Shown: one piece after another, positions 26,796-39,870 of the stretch
Numbering within the stretch: position 1 is the first letter of the stretch
Layout of the letters: each line of letters begins with the position of its first letter
Source: Marsupella aquatica
Lineage: Eukaryota; Plantae; Marchantiophyta
Direction: 5' to 3'
NCBI GenBank assembly: GCA_973895155.1
Contig: OZ316896.1
Location: forward strand, 18,960,754-19,024,753
DNA: 64,000 bases
Translations under genes and position numbers: made by a program
The notes under the pieces: generated by a model
Databases searched by the model: none
Told to the model about the DNA's origin: nothing
What the model saw: only the letters and a program-made list of their open reading frames with translations

Positions 26796-28074
26796 TAGCA
26801 TGCTCATCCTGGAACATGTTTTATTTTTTGTCTTGTAATGATCTGAAAGTAAATAAAATATGAGAGCATAGAAGTGTTGTTATATAAGTAAAGTGTCTGC
26901 CAAGAAAAGCACAGTGACCAAGAAAAGGTACAGTCAAACGATGCTACGATGTGTGCACTTAACTCAGGGTGCCTTATGAATCACAATCCTTTCAATAAAA
27001 ACCATAAACCAAGGAAAGAAAAACATGAGGAGAACTTAAGAGGCTATGCATTCATGTTCTTCACTATCATTTCTCTCACTCGTGGTGGTGGAGCCTTTGG
27101 TTTCATCTCTAAGAAAACACATACTGTGAAAGGGGGCTGCCAAAATAAGTTCAAAACACTCTAGAATACCTAAAACTAAAGGGGTAAAAATTAATTAAAA
27201 ATGTATAGAATACAAAGGCTGCCCCTTGATAAGCAGATTCAAATGAAAATACATGACACAAAAATCTGAATAAGACAAAATCTGAAATGTGCATTCACCA
27301 TATAGCAGCTTCAAAATCTGAGACAAAATGCTTTTCATTTGGATATTTGCTTCACTTGTTACCCACTCACCTGTCAACATAGGGTCTCACACGGAGCATT
27401 TCAGTATTCTTGGCTGTTTCTACTGTCACTCAACAACTTCTCCTGTGACCCTTAATTGGTTTCTCCGTGCATATTATGGACAAATGGACAGACAATATTG
27501 TCTAGAGCAGTCATGAAGCTACTATATGGTGATCCACCTTTCAGATTTTGTGTTCATTATTTTAATTTTAATGTGATAGGTGAATCATTTGTATTAATTT
27601 TATTTTGAATTAACTTTTGGACCCCTTTTAATTTTGGTAAACCTAAAGTATTTTGACTCTATCTCTCCCTTCATAAATGTTTATTCTTTCCTTTTCAATC
27701 ACTCCTTAGTGAATTATATTTTTTCTCACAAGAGTAGTAATGAGTTTGAACAGTGTGCACATTTGGTGTACTAAGTTCCCTTCTTGCTTTCCTTTACAAA
27801 ATTTATGGTTTTAATTGAGTTGCTTATCATTACTTACAAGCAAGTGAAAAAAATTGTACTTTATGTCCACAACTCTTTAATACCTTTGTACTTTCTTGGT
27901 CATAATGTGCTTTTCTTTGCATGTGTACTATGTCTCTCACTCTGAATTAACAAATATTAATTTTTTGACATATACTTTACATGTAGCTACTTCTTTTATC
28001 ATAAAATATATCAAATGAATTACATATCACTACAAGACAAAAAAAAAGAGGCATGTTCCAGGATGAGCATGCTA
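26796..28074. mobile_element. foldback/MITE-like element with TA target duplication
   Basis: Perfect 25-bp inverted repeat tatagcatgctcatcctggaacatg (26794-26818 / 28052-28076, including flanking TA). Degenerate arms extend inward to ~27313 and ~27514 (caccatatagcagcttca vs tgaagctactatatggtg). Confidence 0.75.
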
Positions 28075-28319
28075 TAATGGACGAAGGCACAGACAATGTT
28101 GTCTAGAGCAGTCACTTTGCTCAAGACTGATAATATTTTGTCATGCTTTCCTCGTAGCCATTGCTACAATTGGTATCAAGGTTAGGAATCTAGCTGGGGA
28201 ACCATATTAAGTTTGCTTACCCTCAAATGAATGGTCTGATGTAGTTATTCTTTTCTGGACACACTGGGGTTAGTTGTTGAAAAAATTCTTTTACATTGAT
28301 AAACGTAAGGTGGGTACGG

Positions 28320-28885
28320 GCATTTCCTGTAACCAGGGTATCAAAGTATCTTACACAATCCCAATGTTACAGATTCATTGCTTGGCTATATTCAAGTTCC
28401 TTTGCCCAGCTCACACTGCAAGATTGGCATGCTGGAATTTCTGTAACCCGGGTATTAAATTTATCTTACACAGATTCCATTAATTACAGATTCGTTGCTG
28501 GGCTATATTCAAATTCTCTTGTCCCCCTCACAATGCAAGATTGGCATCCCAGTAAAGTTAGAGATTCATTGCTGGGCTATATTCAAATTCTCTTGTCCAC
28601 CTCACATGGAAGATTGGCATCCATCTGAGTAATTGCACATCAACATGTGACAATAAACAATGTAATTGGTTATTCCTTACCATGATAAACCCAATTAATA
28701 CTTTGTCCCTCCATACCATGACAAACCTGACAATGTACTTTGTCAATCCATACCAGATAAACCCAACTATTACTTTGTCCCTGTATACCATGATAAACCT
28801 CACAATATGCAAGGTACTTTGTCAATCCATTCAATGATAAGCCCAATTATTACTTTCCCTCCATACCCTGATAAACCCAATTAAT
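28320..28885. repeat. two adjacent degenerate tandem-repeat arrays
   Basis: agattcattgctgggctatattcaaattctcttgtcc...caagattggcat about 3 times (28370-28620), then gataaacccaa.ta.tactttgtcc..ccatacc units (28680-28885). Confidence 0.75.
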
Positions 28886-29684
28886 CAGCAGTGTTATTCA
28901 TGCACTACCAAAGTGAAGTGTAATGTATGCAGGGACAGGATCTCCAGCTTGATATATATAACTGCCAAAAAGCAGGGGGCGCTTGAAATATATATCAAAT
29001 TTTGGCAGGGGACGCTGACAGGATCTCACAGGCCAAGTAATTGGCTAGAAGGCCAAGGGAGATGTTATGCAAAAGATCCTTGAAAGATGGTAGGGAAGAT
29101 TGCGAGTGTGTTCTGTTTGTCTTGCATTTGGTTGCAGGCTTGGCACAATTATCCTCTGTGCATTCTCTGAAAAGGTCTGTTGTTCAAGATGTTCCACACA
29201 ATTAGACTATACTAGACTGTGCACGAGGATTAGAGGCGCGAGGGTTGGAAAAGTGGAAGCAAGCAAGACGCAAATGACCAGATATGATTTTCCAATAAAA
29301 AGGATTGACAACCAAGTGAGATATCACACACCGTTAGCATGCAGAAGGACAGTAACATCATCCATTTGGGACCCCCATGGTACACTCAGTGAAAGTTCAA
29401 ACACATTGAACAAATACCGCAAAAGAGAATTGACAGTACGATAGAAAATCCCTCAATGGAGAGATACGTTGGGATATCCAGGTTCTTTTCGTTGAGCATC
29501 AATTGTATGAAATTGAAGTAGTAACCGTGTACAACTCCAGTATGTTCCTAGTTATAATCTAACGCCCGGAACTTATCTAATTGGCCTCTACACTACAAAC
29601 TTGCCTCACCTACAATGGTGAGTTTTCACCATTATCATGTCACAGAAACCCCTTAAAAGGGAGTGCCTCTCACTGAACTCTATA

Positions 29685-32600
29685 TTAGAATGCAAACTCC
29701 TCCTCTATGCCAAACGATGAAAACCCGCCTGATGTTACCTCCTCCTTCAATTTTTGGGCAGTGACATCATCAATACCCAACAGTTCTTGGAGGCGGCTGG
29801 ATTTCTCTTCAGATGCAGTTGTCTTCGTATATAAACAGAAGAGGTCAAGTAGTTCATCTCTAACTGACCATGGCAACGGTTGTGATGGTACAGCTTTGTC
29901 ACAAGCGAGTAAATTATTTAAAGATTCCACCTGCAGACATTGCACACCATCAGTAAATTTTATGCGAAAGGTGCTAACCGGCAGCCGACAGCTGGGTCAG
30001 ACAACAAGAAGCAACAGATAAGTGGATGACAAATCAAAGATAATAACGATCTTTCTGAAGGTTAAGGAGACGCACCACGCCAGATTGCTTCTTCTGCCTC
30101 AACAATGACACAGCTTGAATCAATGAGTTGGTCAAACGCTCTTTCGCAAGGGTTTGCACCATATCCTTCGCTTTTTCTTTATCCAATCCAAGTTCCGTAG
30201 GAATTCTGTCATAAGTGTCTTCCTCCGAGAAGTCTCCTGTCCCTGCTGAAAATGTACCGTCGACTATCTTTTTGAAAAGCTTCTCCCGCATGTCTCTAGA
30301 AATCATACTGTCCACGTCAACTCCAGCAGCCTTCAGCTCCTTCACTTCTTCCACTGTCAGTCTACCTTGATTGACAGCAGATTCAATAGCACCAGCCATA
30401 CGGGTACTGGTGATGCTCTTGATCACCTTCTGGGCAGCCTCTGAGGGTAACCCAAGCTGTTGCTGCAGCTCGGTAAGCTGCTCTACACGAACCTTGTTAA
30501 GTTGCCCATCAGCCAAGATGACCTGAGCTTGTTGCCTGAAAGCTTGTTCAGCGAGGCTCTTGTGCACTTCAGCAACCTCTTTGGCAGACAGGCCTAGTAT
30601 GGTGCCTAGCTGTCCTAGTCGAACAAATTCACTGCTATCTCGTTGCGTGACAATCTGTGTACCCATTGGCATGCCAGTCGTTTCACCCGATAAACAGTAG
30701 AGTAGATATGTGCGGTACAAATCCGTCCTTTCCTTCAGTTCGAAGTCATCCTTCAGAGTGATATCACTTTGCGATTTGCCAGCCATTCTAGCTTCAAGTT
30801 CTGCAGCAGGCTTTGTCTTCTTCAACGTCTGAAGCATCTCCAGTTCGTCATCTAGTTCAACCTCAGGTTTTGGCTGTTCTTTTGGTGTCTCAATTGGCTT
30901 TGGAGCGTCCCCTTTAATGTCTGCAATGAGCTCAGAAACGACCAGGTTGCTGAAGATAACCAATTTTTTAAGTTCGCGTGCAGATTCCACTCTGTTTCCA
31001 GCTGACCGTGACCTTTTCACGTAGGTTACAAAAACAGCACGGATCTGGGTTGTGACAGGGTCCAAGGATATTAGTAACTGGTAGTATTCCGAATAAGGCA
31101 ACTGTACGATGACACAGGCATCAGCAAGACACAACTTCCAAAGACGAGGTACAATTAAGCGCGTTTGAAAGTTAGGAGTTCAACTTTAGCAGTAACCAAC
31201 TACTATAACACAGCTTTACAGGAAACTTACTGCTTTGCTGGCAATTTCCATGGAAGCTTCTTGTGTAAGCCGCAAACCTGTGACGGCATTCCGCACCGAA
31301 GCTTTCATGTCTGCATCATAACCATCTACACCAGCACCTATCGCCTCGTCCACAACCTGTAACATCGGAGGATGAGTTGATAGCGCAAGACGTCCCGAGG
31401 AACTTGACCAACAGTAAAGACGCTGTATATAACGCCGTAAGGAATATTTCAACTACTTTGCCCCGTCCTGACAAGAGCTAGACCTGTTTCCTTAATTAGT
31501 TATGGTCTACTGATCAAGGGATGAACAACGAGGTGAGAACATGTGTCTTTTACTATCGAAGCACGCTGTAAGGTTCAAGTAAAGAAAGAAAGAGATACTT
31601 GTGGTAAATCAAAGTACTGAAGCAAAAAGGATAGAAGAGAGTGAATGGGAAGACCTTTGTGAATATACGGCCACAAATGCTTGCATGAGCAGCATCTACA
31701 GTGTCCTTTGGGATGCACAAGAGCACACGTAACCGCAACAGTGCTGCTATATCTGCCTCACTTAACGAGCCATCCGCCAGACACTGTTCCAACTTCTGCC
31801 GGTAAATTTCTGACAAGACAAACGTTTCTTATCAAGATTCAAAAATATTCCCTCGTACTGAATCTAGTTCTCAACTGGCACACTAGATCAAATTTACCCA
31901 TCTTCACGTGCCTTCTCTGCTTGTATTTCTTTTGGAAACATCCACAACATAGATAACAAGCTTGAAAACGATAACTACAAGACTCAGACATCAGAGAAGG
32001 CGACCATCTGAATGCATCACTTTCCAGTGGCATCGCATATAACAACCCACCTTCATGAAGTTCACCAGCTTTTCGAGGATCAAACTTTAACTCCTCACAT
32101 AGCGTTTGAAGATATGCTGCCTTGCTGGGGGCAGCATCTAAATCACCACCATTCACTGCCTGTGCGAGCCTGCGTCGGTAAATCTTGGTAGTCACTTCCA
32201 GCAGGATTGCATCTGCTTCACGATTGCCAAATCCAAAGATATTCTTGAGGTTTCCTAAGCCTTCTCCCTGCAAAATTTCATGATAACTCAACGTAACTTA
32301 CATATCATTTACAACAGCAAGACAAACTCTGCAGCAGTGAAAACAATCTACTTAACTTTTGCATAACCAATATACCCTCCAGAACCTTAATCGTGCAACA
32401 GGCCGTGGAGGATATTACTTCTCAGAAACAGGCAAAACTACCTAAGTACGCTATGTGGGACAACCAACACACGACTACCTCGTCCTTACCATTCGTGAGT
32501 CCATGACACCTCCAGCAAAGGATTCTTGCATGTACGTCCGGTACAGCTGCTTCAACTCATCCATTTGCCTGTCTCCCTCATACTGTCCTCCTGCTCAGTA

Positions 32601-35600
32601 TCCGTAATCCAAGAAAATTGATCAAAATTCGCTCTGGACGGTTCAATCTAATTAAATTATGTTCAAAGGAAACCCCATATTCTCTTACACATTCAAAGAT
32701 CTTAACTCGTACTCCAGAAGGACAAAGGAAAGTACCCAGAATTGAAGCAGGGCCCAGTCCTGGAAGTGCAGAAGATGAGTCTGCCTGAGCTTGGGCAGCA
32801 ACTGTGACTAAAGCACCATTGTATGCTATCACATCGTCGAGAAGTTTCACGATCTTCTTCGTGTCTCTGTTGAACAACATCTTACCATTAATCTTGCCTG
32901 CTATCATCTAGCGCAAAGGATATTACAAATGAGATTACTAAATAAACAGCTTCCCGATATGAGGAATGAGCTTTGTTATATTCAGGTATCTGCGTAAGCT
33001 CCAACTATATTCAAGCAGTCAAAGGCATAGCACAACAACACCATGGGTAGCATGCAATAGTGGGAACTTTACTTAATCTGTGCACGAGACTTTATAACCT
33101 CTATTGCCTGGCTGATGGACACCTCAAGGTGCTTACGGGAATTATTTCTGACAAGTTCAGCTGCCACCTGCGCGTCCAATATACAGTGCCACCTTAATCA
33201 GCGCATTGTGTCAACCGTGAAGACTCACTAGTCCAAGAAGTTATGCACACAACTTATCAACAAATAAAACAGCATTCCAAAAAGGTAACATCCATAGAGG
33301 CCAGACAGATATCAATAGGTTTGCACCTCATCAGGGAGTTTTGATTTTAGTTGCACCCTTCTCAACTCTCTTACTTTGTCCAAGTCAGTACCTACACCAA
33401 CAAAAACACAACCGAAAAGCAGCAAGAAAACAAGTCAGAAAAACTCCATTGCAGTCTGCCATTATGCATGGTAATCGACACTTGTTGAGTCCAAATCAGC
33501 AATCCAATATAATCATTCCTAACCAAAAATTCGTGATAGATGGTAAAGATGCTAATCAGGACCCATGCAGAAGAAGACTTAAGAATGGCTACAAGAGCCT
33601 ATCCTTGAGTTCAATATCTAGGGGAACTTGGGCTAGCGCATCAAACATACTTTCTCCAAACTCAATCAGTTTAGTTAGAAAGAAACGTTGCGCATTGTCC
33701 CGAATGGCTACGTCAACCTGCAAGATCAAACAAGTGACATGTTTCAGTATTTGCGCACTTAACAGTCTGGCGTCTGTCTGTAATGAATTTGGATTTAAAA
33801 ATCGACAGAACCCGGATGCTAAAGCTAGAAAGGGCGTGATTGGCTGCTAGTTAAAAACAAGATTCGCTTCATACCAACTTTCATGTTATGAGACCTTCCA
33901 TTCTTAAGGTAGCAGGAAAACACCAACAAAAATGAGCTATTGATTGCAGAGACCGTTATGAGAAAGAAGCATCAGAATTTTTATCAGAAAAATTGAGTGA
34001 CCTTTGCATCAAAATCTCCATCCTCTTCAACCATAAAACTCAGATATTTATCTGTGACTAGATATTCAGACGCGAAAAGCATTCTATATAAAGCAGGGGC
34101 TGAAATTGTGACTCCACCTGTGCATCGGTAACTTTGAACACCCTCTTCCAAGGTAGCAGAAACTTTGAAGCATCTCCAAAGACCAGCTGAGATACATAAA
34201 CTAGCTTTTGGAAAGTCTGTAACAGCATCACCACAACATAAGTGATGATTGTTCTCCATTATACCACAGACAACCTCGTCTCCAGTTCTGGGTTCACGAA
34301 TAGTCTAGTAAATACGGGACTTGGATCGAACTGCATTGGTGGGCAAACGTTACAATTGTCCCTTGATTTCCTACATGTCTATTCCATGCATAAGATTCAA
34401 CGGACAAAAAGGGGACAAAGTGACTGCATCTCAACACCAACCACACAATTTTACATTAACTTTATCCCCAGATATACAAGGGCAATAAACGTACCCGTCT
34501 CTCCTCTACTGCTTGTTCCCTGTCCCCTGTCTCCATTCGCTGCCTGCTAATGCGTCTCCCAATCTGTAGAAAGTCCCAAAAGCAAAACCATGCCTCAATT
34601 GATGCTGCCGTAAAATGCACGATATCCTGAGGTCGAATGCGATCTCAATCCACCAACGACGTCAATGATCTTTTGATATTTAAGATGAAATGAATGGCAA
34701 AGACATTTGAGGTGAAAACAGCTTAGCAGCAACTTGCCTCAATGTGTACGGACGCAGCGTCAGGATCTTCTAGGCCCAAGGCATTTTTAAATTTAATAAT
34801 TTCATCTGCTTCATCTCCCCTAAGGTCCTCATTGCCTGGGGGGATAATGTCGGTGATGAAGCTGATGAACCAATGCAGTTGATGCAAATGTTAGAATGCG
34901 AGCCACTCCACATGTCACCAAATGCTCAGACAAGCTGTACGTACCCACTTCCATTTTCGGAAGAATTTCTCGAGTATAAGAAAAATCTACACGTTTCCTC
35001 ACCAAGAGATTGCAAAAACTAGCCACTGATGTTGCCAGGTGAAAATATATCATCTACGCCAGCGGGATCTGACAGACACAAGGCAGATAGCACTAGAAAC
35101 CTAAATTGGATGAGGGGTTAAATCTGTTCTACACGAGAATCAACGAAACCGGCCTGTCTGGATTCTGTTCCTTTCCGAACACTCCGAACATATAAAAGGG
35201 CACCAAGGTAAACCAAACCCAGGAGAAGTATACAAAAAGAGTTGTTTACATGTTTTACAAAATGATCCTTGATTGGGTTCTAGCTGAAGATGATGGACAA
35301 CCATGGCAACGCAACTCACCGATAATAAAGATCTCGCAGTTCGGCAATGATCCGATCGTTATTTCTGCTCACACCACATCTGACAGCAAGACAAACAGGG
35401 ATTCCGCTCAGATTCAACAGATTACCAGCGTCTCTCAGCCATCCAGTTGGCAGGAAATCCAGGAAATAAAGATGGAGTGAAGGCAAGGGAATCCGGACTC
35501 CAATTCCAGCCCGCAACCGAGCTCCGTGTTTTAGTACAAACAGCAAGTAAAGGGAGTGGAAAACTCACTTCTGAAAAATTGAATCAACTTCCTCTTTGTT

Positions 35601-36143
35601 GAGAGACTTAGGGTCGGGATGATTCACGAGAGCATTGCGTAACTGCACCGCTGCAACATTTGGAGCTGAAGAATTGAGGGCAAATGCAGTCAATCCTCCA
35701 ACAGCCCCAGCAGCAACAGCACCGCCGAGGCTAACGGCAGGAGTCCCCTTCACTGCGCGGCCCCCAGCATAGCCAGCAGCGAGAGCACCGGCCACAATGA
35801 CAGTGGAAGCCACATACCTAGTAGGAGCAGTCCAATCCTTCATGAACCTCTGGTAGACAGGCAAACTCTGCTCCGAACCGAAGATACTCTCCTGCGGCCT
35901 TCCCTGCTGCGCATCGCTGCTGCTCTGCTCCCCACTGCCCGCTGATGAGAGGCACACAATTCCCCCATCGCCACGCTTCATAATTCTCCTTCTCCCGAAT
36001 TTGGCTCCAGCGGAAGGAAAAGCCCGGGCACCTCTTAAACCCTTAAACCTAACCTGCTGCCACGGAAGCTCCGCCCCTGCCAAGGGCATGGATGGCAGCG
36101 CGCCCGGAGTGCACACACCCGCTAGTGCTTGGGCTGGCACCAT
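29685..36143 (-). CDS. TIC110: chloroplast inner-envelope translocon subunit TIC110 (~1032 aa, 15 exons)
   Basis: Exons (minus) 36143-35569, 35379-35320, 34861-34738, 34563-34495, 34216-34118, 33717-33651, 33391-33327, 33167-33073, 32866-32736, 32590-32490, 32267-32051, 31809-31655, 31356-31231, 31044-30076, 29930-29685 total 3099 nt in frame. Transit peptide and two TM helices, then TIC110 motifs IIKFKNALGLEDPDAA, FLLPWKRVFKVTDAQV, LLRLRVLLCIP, AEQAFRQQAQVILADGQL, SLNNLLACDKAVP. Confidence 0.96.
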
Positions 36144-36949
36144 GGCGGTGGATTTCTCTCCCGCTCGCTCGAGAAATCAGTCCAATCCAGTCGCGAACTT
36201 CCCAATTCCACTTCCAGAATCCCAGAATCGCCAAAGAGAACACGATGCCTCGACGAATATTTGCCCTTTCGTTGGACCACGAGAAACTCTCCACCTCTCT
36301 CGCATCACCGTCCGATACTTTTTGCTCCTGCAAATCACTCAACGCAAAAGGATAGTCTCGAGTTCTCAACCCTGTCTCTGCTTGCTTCGCTGTTGATTCC
36401 TCCTATCCACAGTTCCGGACGGGACGGGAGCTTCAGGGGTTTCGGGCCGAGTGCAAAAGCTTGCAGGAGGCAGAATGAGCATTGTTGGATTAGAATAATG
36501 GATTGAGTCTGGGGAATGACAAAGAGCCACATTGGTCGATCAAGGTTTTGGAGTTTCGTGCACGGTAACCCATCCAGGGGGGTTTGGTGGGCACACATGG
36601 GGGGATTGAAGGGCATCGTTATTGTAAGGTTTAAGTAGGGGTCTCATAAACAAAAAAAATCTGGCACTTGACTGGAGGTGACTGGAGGTTTGCAAGGCAG
36701 TCCGGAGCAAGGCAACAGGATACAAAATAATGGGGCAATTATTTTTTGGGGTATGGAAAAATGAGTAGCCTCATGATACGTTCAATAGTATTGTGTTTAC
36801 TGTGAAATCAGGGCCTTTTACAGTTGTCCCGGGTGTGATTGGTAGGTTCTCACAATCAGTGCCTGACCAGTCATGATTGTTATCCCGACCCTTAACACAC
36901 CCGGGTGCAGTCAAAGCAGAAAAATGGACATATTTGAGATGCTTTACTA

Positions 36950-37160
36950 GGGGGTCTCAAACCTCAAAATCTGAAGGACCTTCAGACCTTAACTTAGTAG
37001 TTAACACGTTACTGTAAGGTTTGAATAGGGGGTCTCAAAGCTCAAAATCTGAAGGACCTTTCAGACCTTAACTTAGTAGTAGTTCAAAGGCATAGGTATC
37101 TTAAGGTTTTAATACGGGGTCTCAAACCTCAAAATGTTATGGACCTTAAGTTAGTAGTTA
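36950..37160. repeat. degenerate tandem repeat (3 units)
   Basis: ggggtctcaaa.ctcaaaat....ggacctt...ttagtagtt at ~36951, ~37029 and ~37116. Confidence 0.8.
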
Positions 37161-38132
37161 AGGACAGAAAAATATATGGATTACCCAAAATTCATGATTC
37201 ATAACTTTTTGCCATCAAGATTTGTCATATGTTATGACCATAAGTCAGTGTAGAAGGTAGTGAAATGAAAAAGAAACTTTTATGCAACCCTGTGCAAAAG
37301 CTATGATCATTTGTTCATGGCCAAAACTATCATCTCTAACTAAGAAGCTTTGAGATGAACTAATATTTTTGTACAAGAAAGTTAAAGTCTTTTGAATTCA
37401 ATTCTAAGACTTTTTTAAAAAGAACAGGCTTTTTTAGCCATACATTCTAAGTTGATGGGGATGAAAATTTTTAATCAAAAACTTTCTCTTAATTTTTAGG
37501 GTGTTCAGCCTTCAAAGAGTTGCTCGTGATGGGGAGGAGGAGACAAAGAGGCAGGAATGCACAATCATGTCAAACAAGGACCATCCGGGATATCTAATGC
37601 ACTAACTTGCCACTGGCTCTAGAGAAACCATCTCCTGGGATGAGATCTGAAACGCTGGTGGTGGACAGAAATATAGTCACCAGCCGGTTGCTTCAATCAT
37701 CTACAAATGGGGGCGTAATCCTCTCTATACAATTGACTTTAACCCCTTGAGAGATTACTTCCGGATTGTGCTTTGGTGCTGTAGAATGCAGAATGCAAAT
37801 TGAACAGATCACTACTCCGACCTTGCTTGGATACAAGTTCTTGATTATTTATTGTTTCTAACCATGATTAACAGCATCTTAGTTGTTGGAGCCAGATTTG
37901 TGCATGGGTTGCAGACTGATATTGGCAATGCCTTGGACTCCTTATCTGGATTGGATGCCACTACAATGAAATCCACTAAAGACTTGTATGGGTCAACCTC
38001 CCCTTGCTTAACCCGGCCTTTGAATTCTCTGCTAACCAAATATTGGCCAAATTGGAAAGGGTCCTCTATGCTTAGATGTCAAATGCCTGCAGGAAATTTT
38101 CACACTTACATCTACAGCTATCTGTTGTGCTC

Positions 38133-38412
38133 GGGGGGTTGACTATCAACAATCTTAGGAACCACGTGTGATCCAAAATAGGTATTTTTGGCAGTTTTTA
38201 ATTAAATTTCTAAAAAGCGTAGGAGGCAAAAGAAGGTATTATAAACTCATGTTTATAAAATATTCTTTAATATATACCCTTTATAAAGTAAAATAGGTTA
38301 TTAATATTGAAAATAGAGAATATTCTTGGAATATTTTCTTTATAAAATAGGTCTATTTATATTAGGCTAGGATCGCACGTGGTACCCCAAAATATACACT
38401 TAGTTAACCCCC
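38133..38412. mobile_element. MITE-like element (~280 bp) with ~45-bp imperfect TIRs
   Basis: gggggttgacta...ggaaccacgtgtgatc versus gatcgcacgtggtacc...tagttaaccccc; very AT-rich interior. Confidence 0.6.
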
Positions 38413-38789
38413 TAAGCTGTTGTGTAACCTTAATGAAGACCTTGTTGAGTATATTGACATAACAATATGTGATGTGAGTCTCAAAAGGGTCGATCTGGTT
38501 TATTGTAGTCATGCAGGCAAAGGATAAAGGGAACAGTGAAAAGTGACCAAACAATGATCACCCACCACAAAAAATAACCTATGATCCAATGCAAACATGA
38601 GGGCCAACTCACACCCAAGGCCAGGCAGAGAACCAGCCAGAAAACTGAAATCCGAAGCACTGAACCAGGAAAAAAAAGGAAATTCGTCTACACAGATCCC
38701 CAACTATTAGACCAAGAAACAATCGCCAATCAGCAAAGCCTAGTCACAGAACTAAAACAATTCACGGGGGATCAAAGAACCAAAGAGGC

Positions 38790-39870
38790 CTAACATCAAC
38801 TACAAACTGTCCATCCTGCAAACGGTAGAGACCTCCATTGCGCCCAAAATTGTGCTGCATCTTACTCAACAGCTCCATTCTACATCGCCCTTCATTCAAA
38901 ACACGAGCCCAACCCTCATTCCAAGCAATTTTCATACTCATTCAGAGCTCATGCCAAATTTTAAATTGAATCCCCACACTCGAGATACATAGTTGTTCTT
39001 TTTCCAACAAACAATGAGCTTTCCAAAGCTGCCAACAAGTAATCCCTCGAGCAATGTTCCACAACTTCAACAGAAAGTCTCTACTAACGATAAGTGGAGA
39101 TCCCAAAAGAGCCTGAACAGGATCAATGTGGAAATGCAAAGCCCAGGATCCAACTGCCTGAAGGATCAATATAACTCTTTTTATCCAACTCCAAACACTC
39201 TGAGAATTGGGACACCACCATAGACAATGAAGTATGTCTTCATGAGCATGATTAACACATCTTGAGCACCACCATTCTTCTCCACTATGTACAAATGGAA
39301 TGATTACCCCAACCTCATCTCTGCGCATTGACCGTCTCCCAATATAGTGCTTAGTAGCAATAATTCTCTGTGCTACTTGCCATAAGAAAAAAATCACCTT
39401 CTCTTCCCAATAGGACTTCCAAATACTTCCCCAAATATAAGTATCCCGAGAAACAACACAAAGCTCCATCCTCCACTTACCAAGGTCAATAGTCTCCGAC
39501 AAATCTCTACGTTGCAGTTCAAGTTTTTGGAAACAAGCCGATGATCCCGCCAATGATGCATGAAAGAATTTATGACCACCTTTCCATTGAAAACTATCAA
39601 CAAGACCCAACGTAGAGCACGAAGGACCTTTTAATCCAATCCCGTATTTGTGAGTCACCCAATTCTTCATTCTCCCTGTGGTCATGTTGAATAGCAGAGC
39701 CCCAATCAGTGGTGTGCATTCAATTGTTGTAGGAACCCCATTATAGATGATGAATGACGAGAATGACCCAGGTCTAATCTCTCCCGACATCCAAATTTTT
39801 TGAAAGATACCATTTGTCACCGTAATTTCCTATACCATATTTCCTTCCTGCACCAGTACCTGGGATATGA
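38790..39870 (-). mobile_element. 5'-truncated L1-type LINE fragment (ORF2 C-terminus)
   Basis: ORF 38942-39820 carries the zf-RVT-like signature WGSIWK...KVIFFLWQV...WCSRC..HEDILHCLWWCPNSQSVW. Confidence 0.75.

Noticed and set aside
28320-28885. Repeat arrays superficially like a CRISPR array
   Set aside because: Degenerate tandem units without unique spacers, eukaryotic context, no cas genes.
33341-33850. 169-aa plus-strand ORF
   Set aside because: Antisense to TIC110 exons 6-7 and their introns, with no recognisable features.
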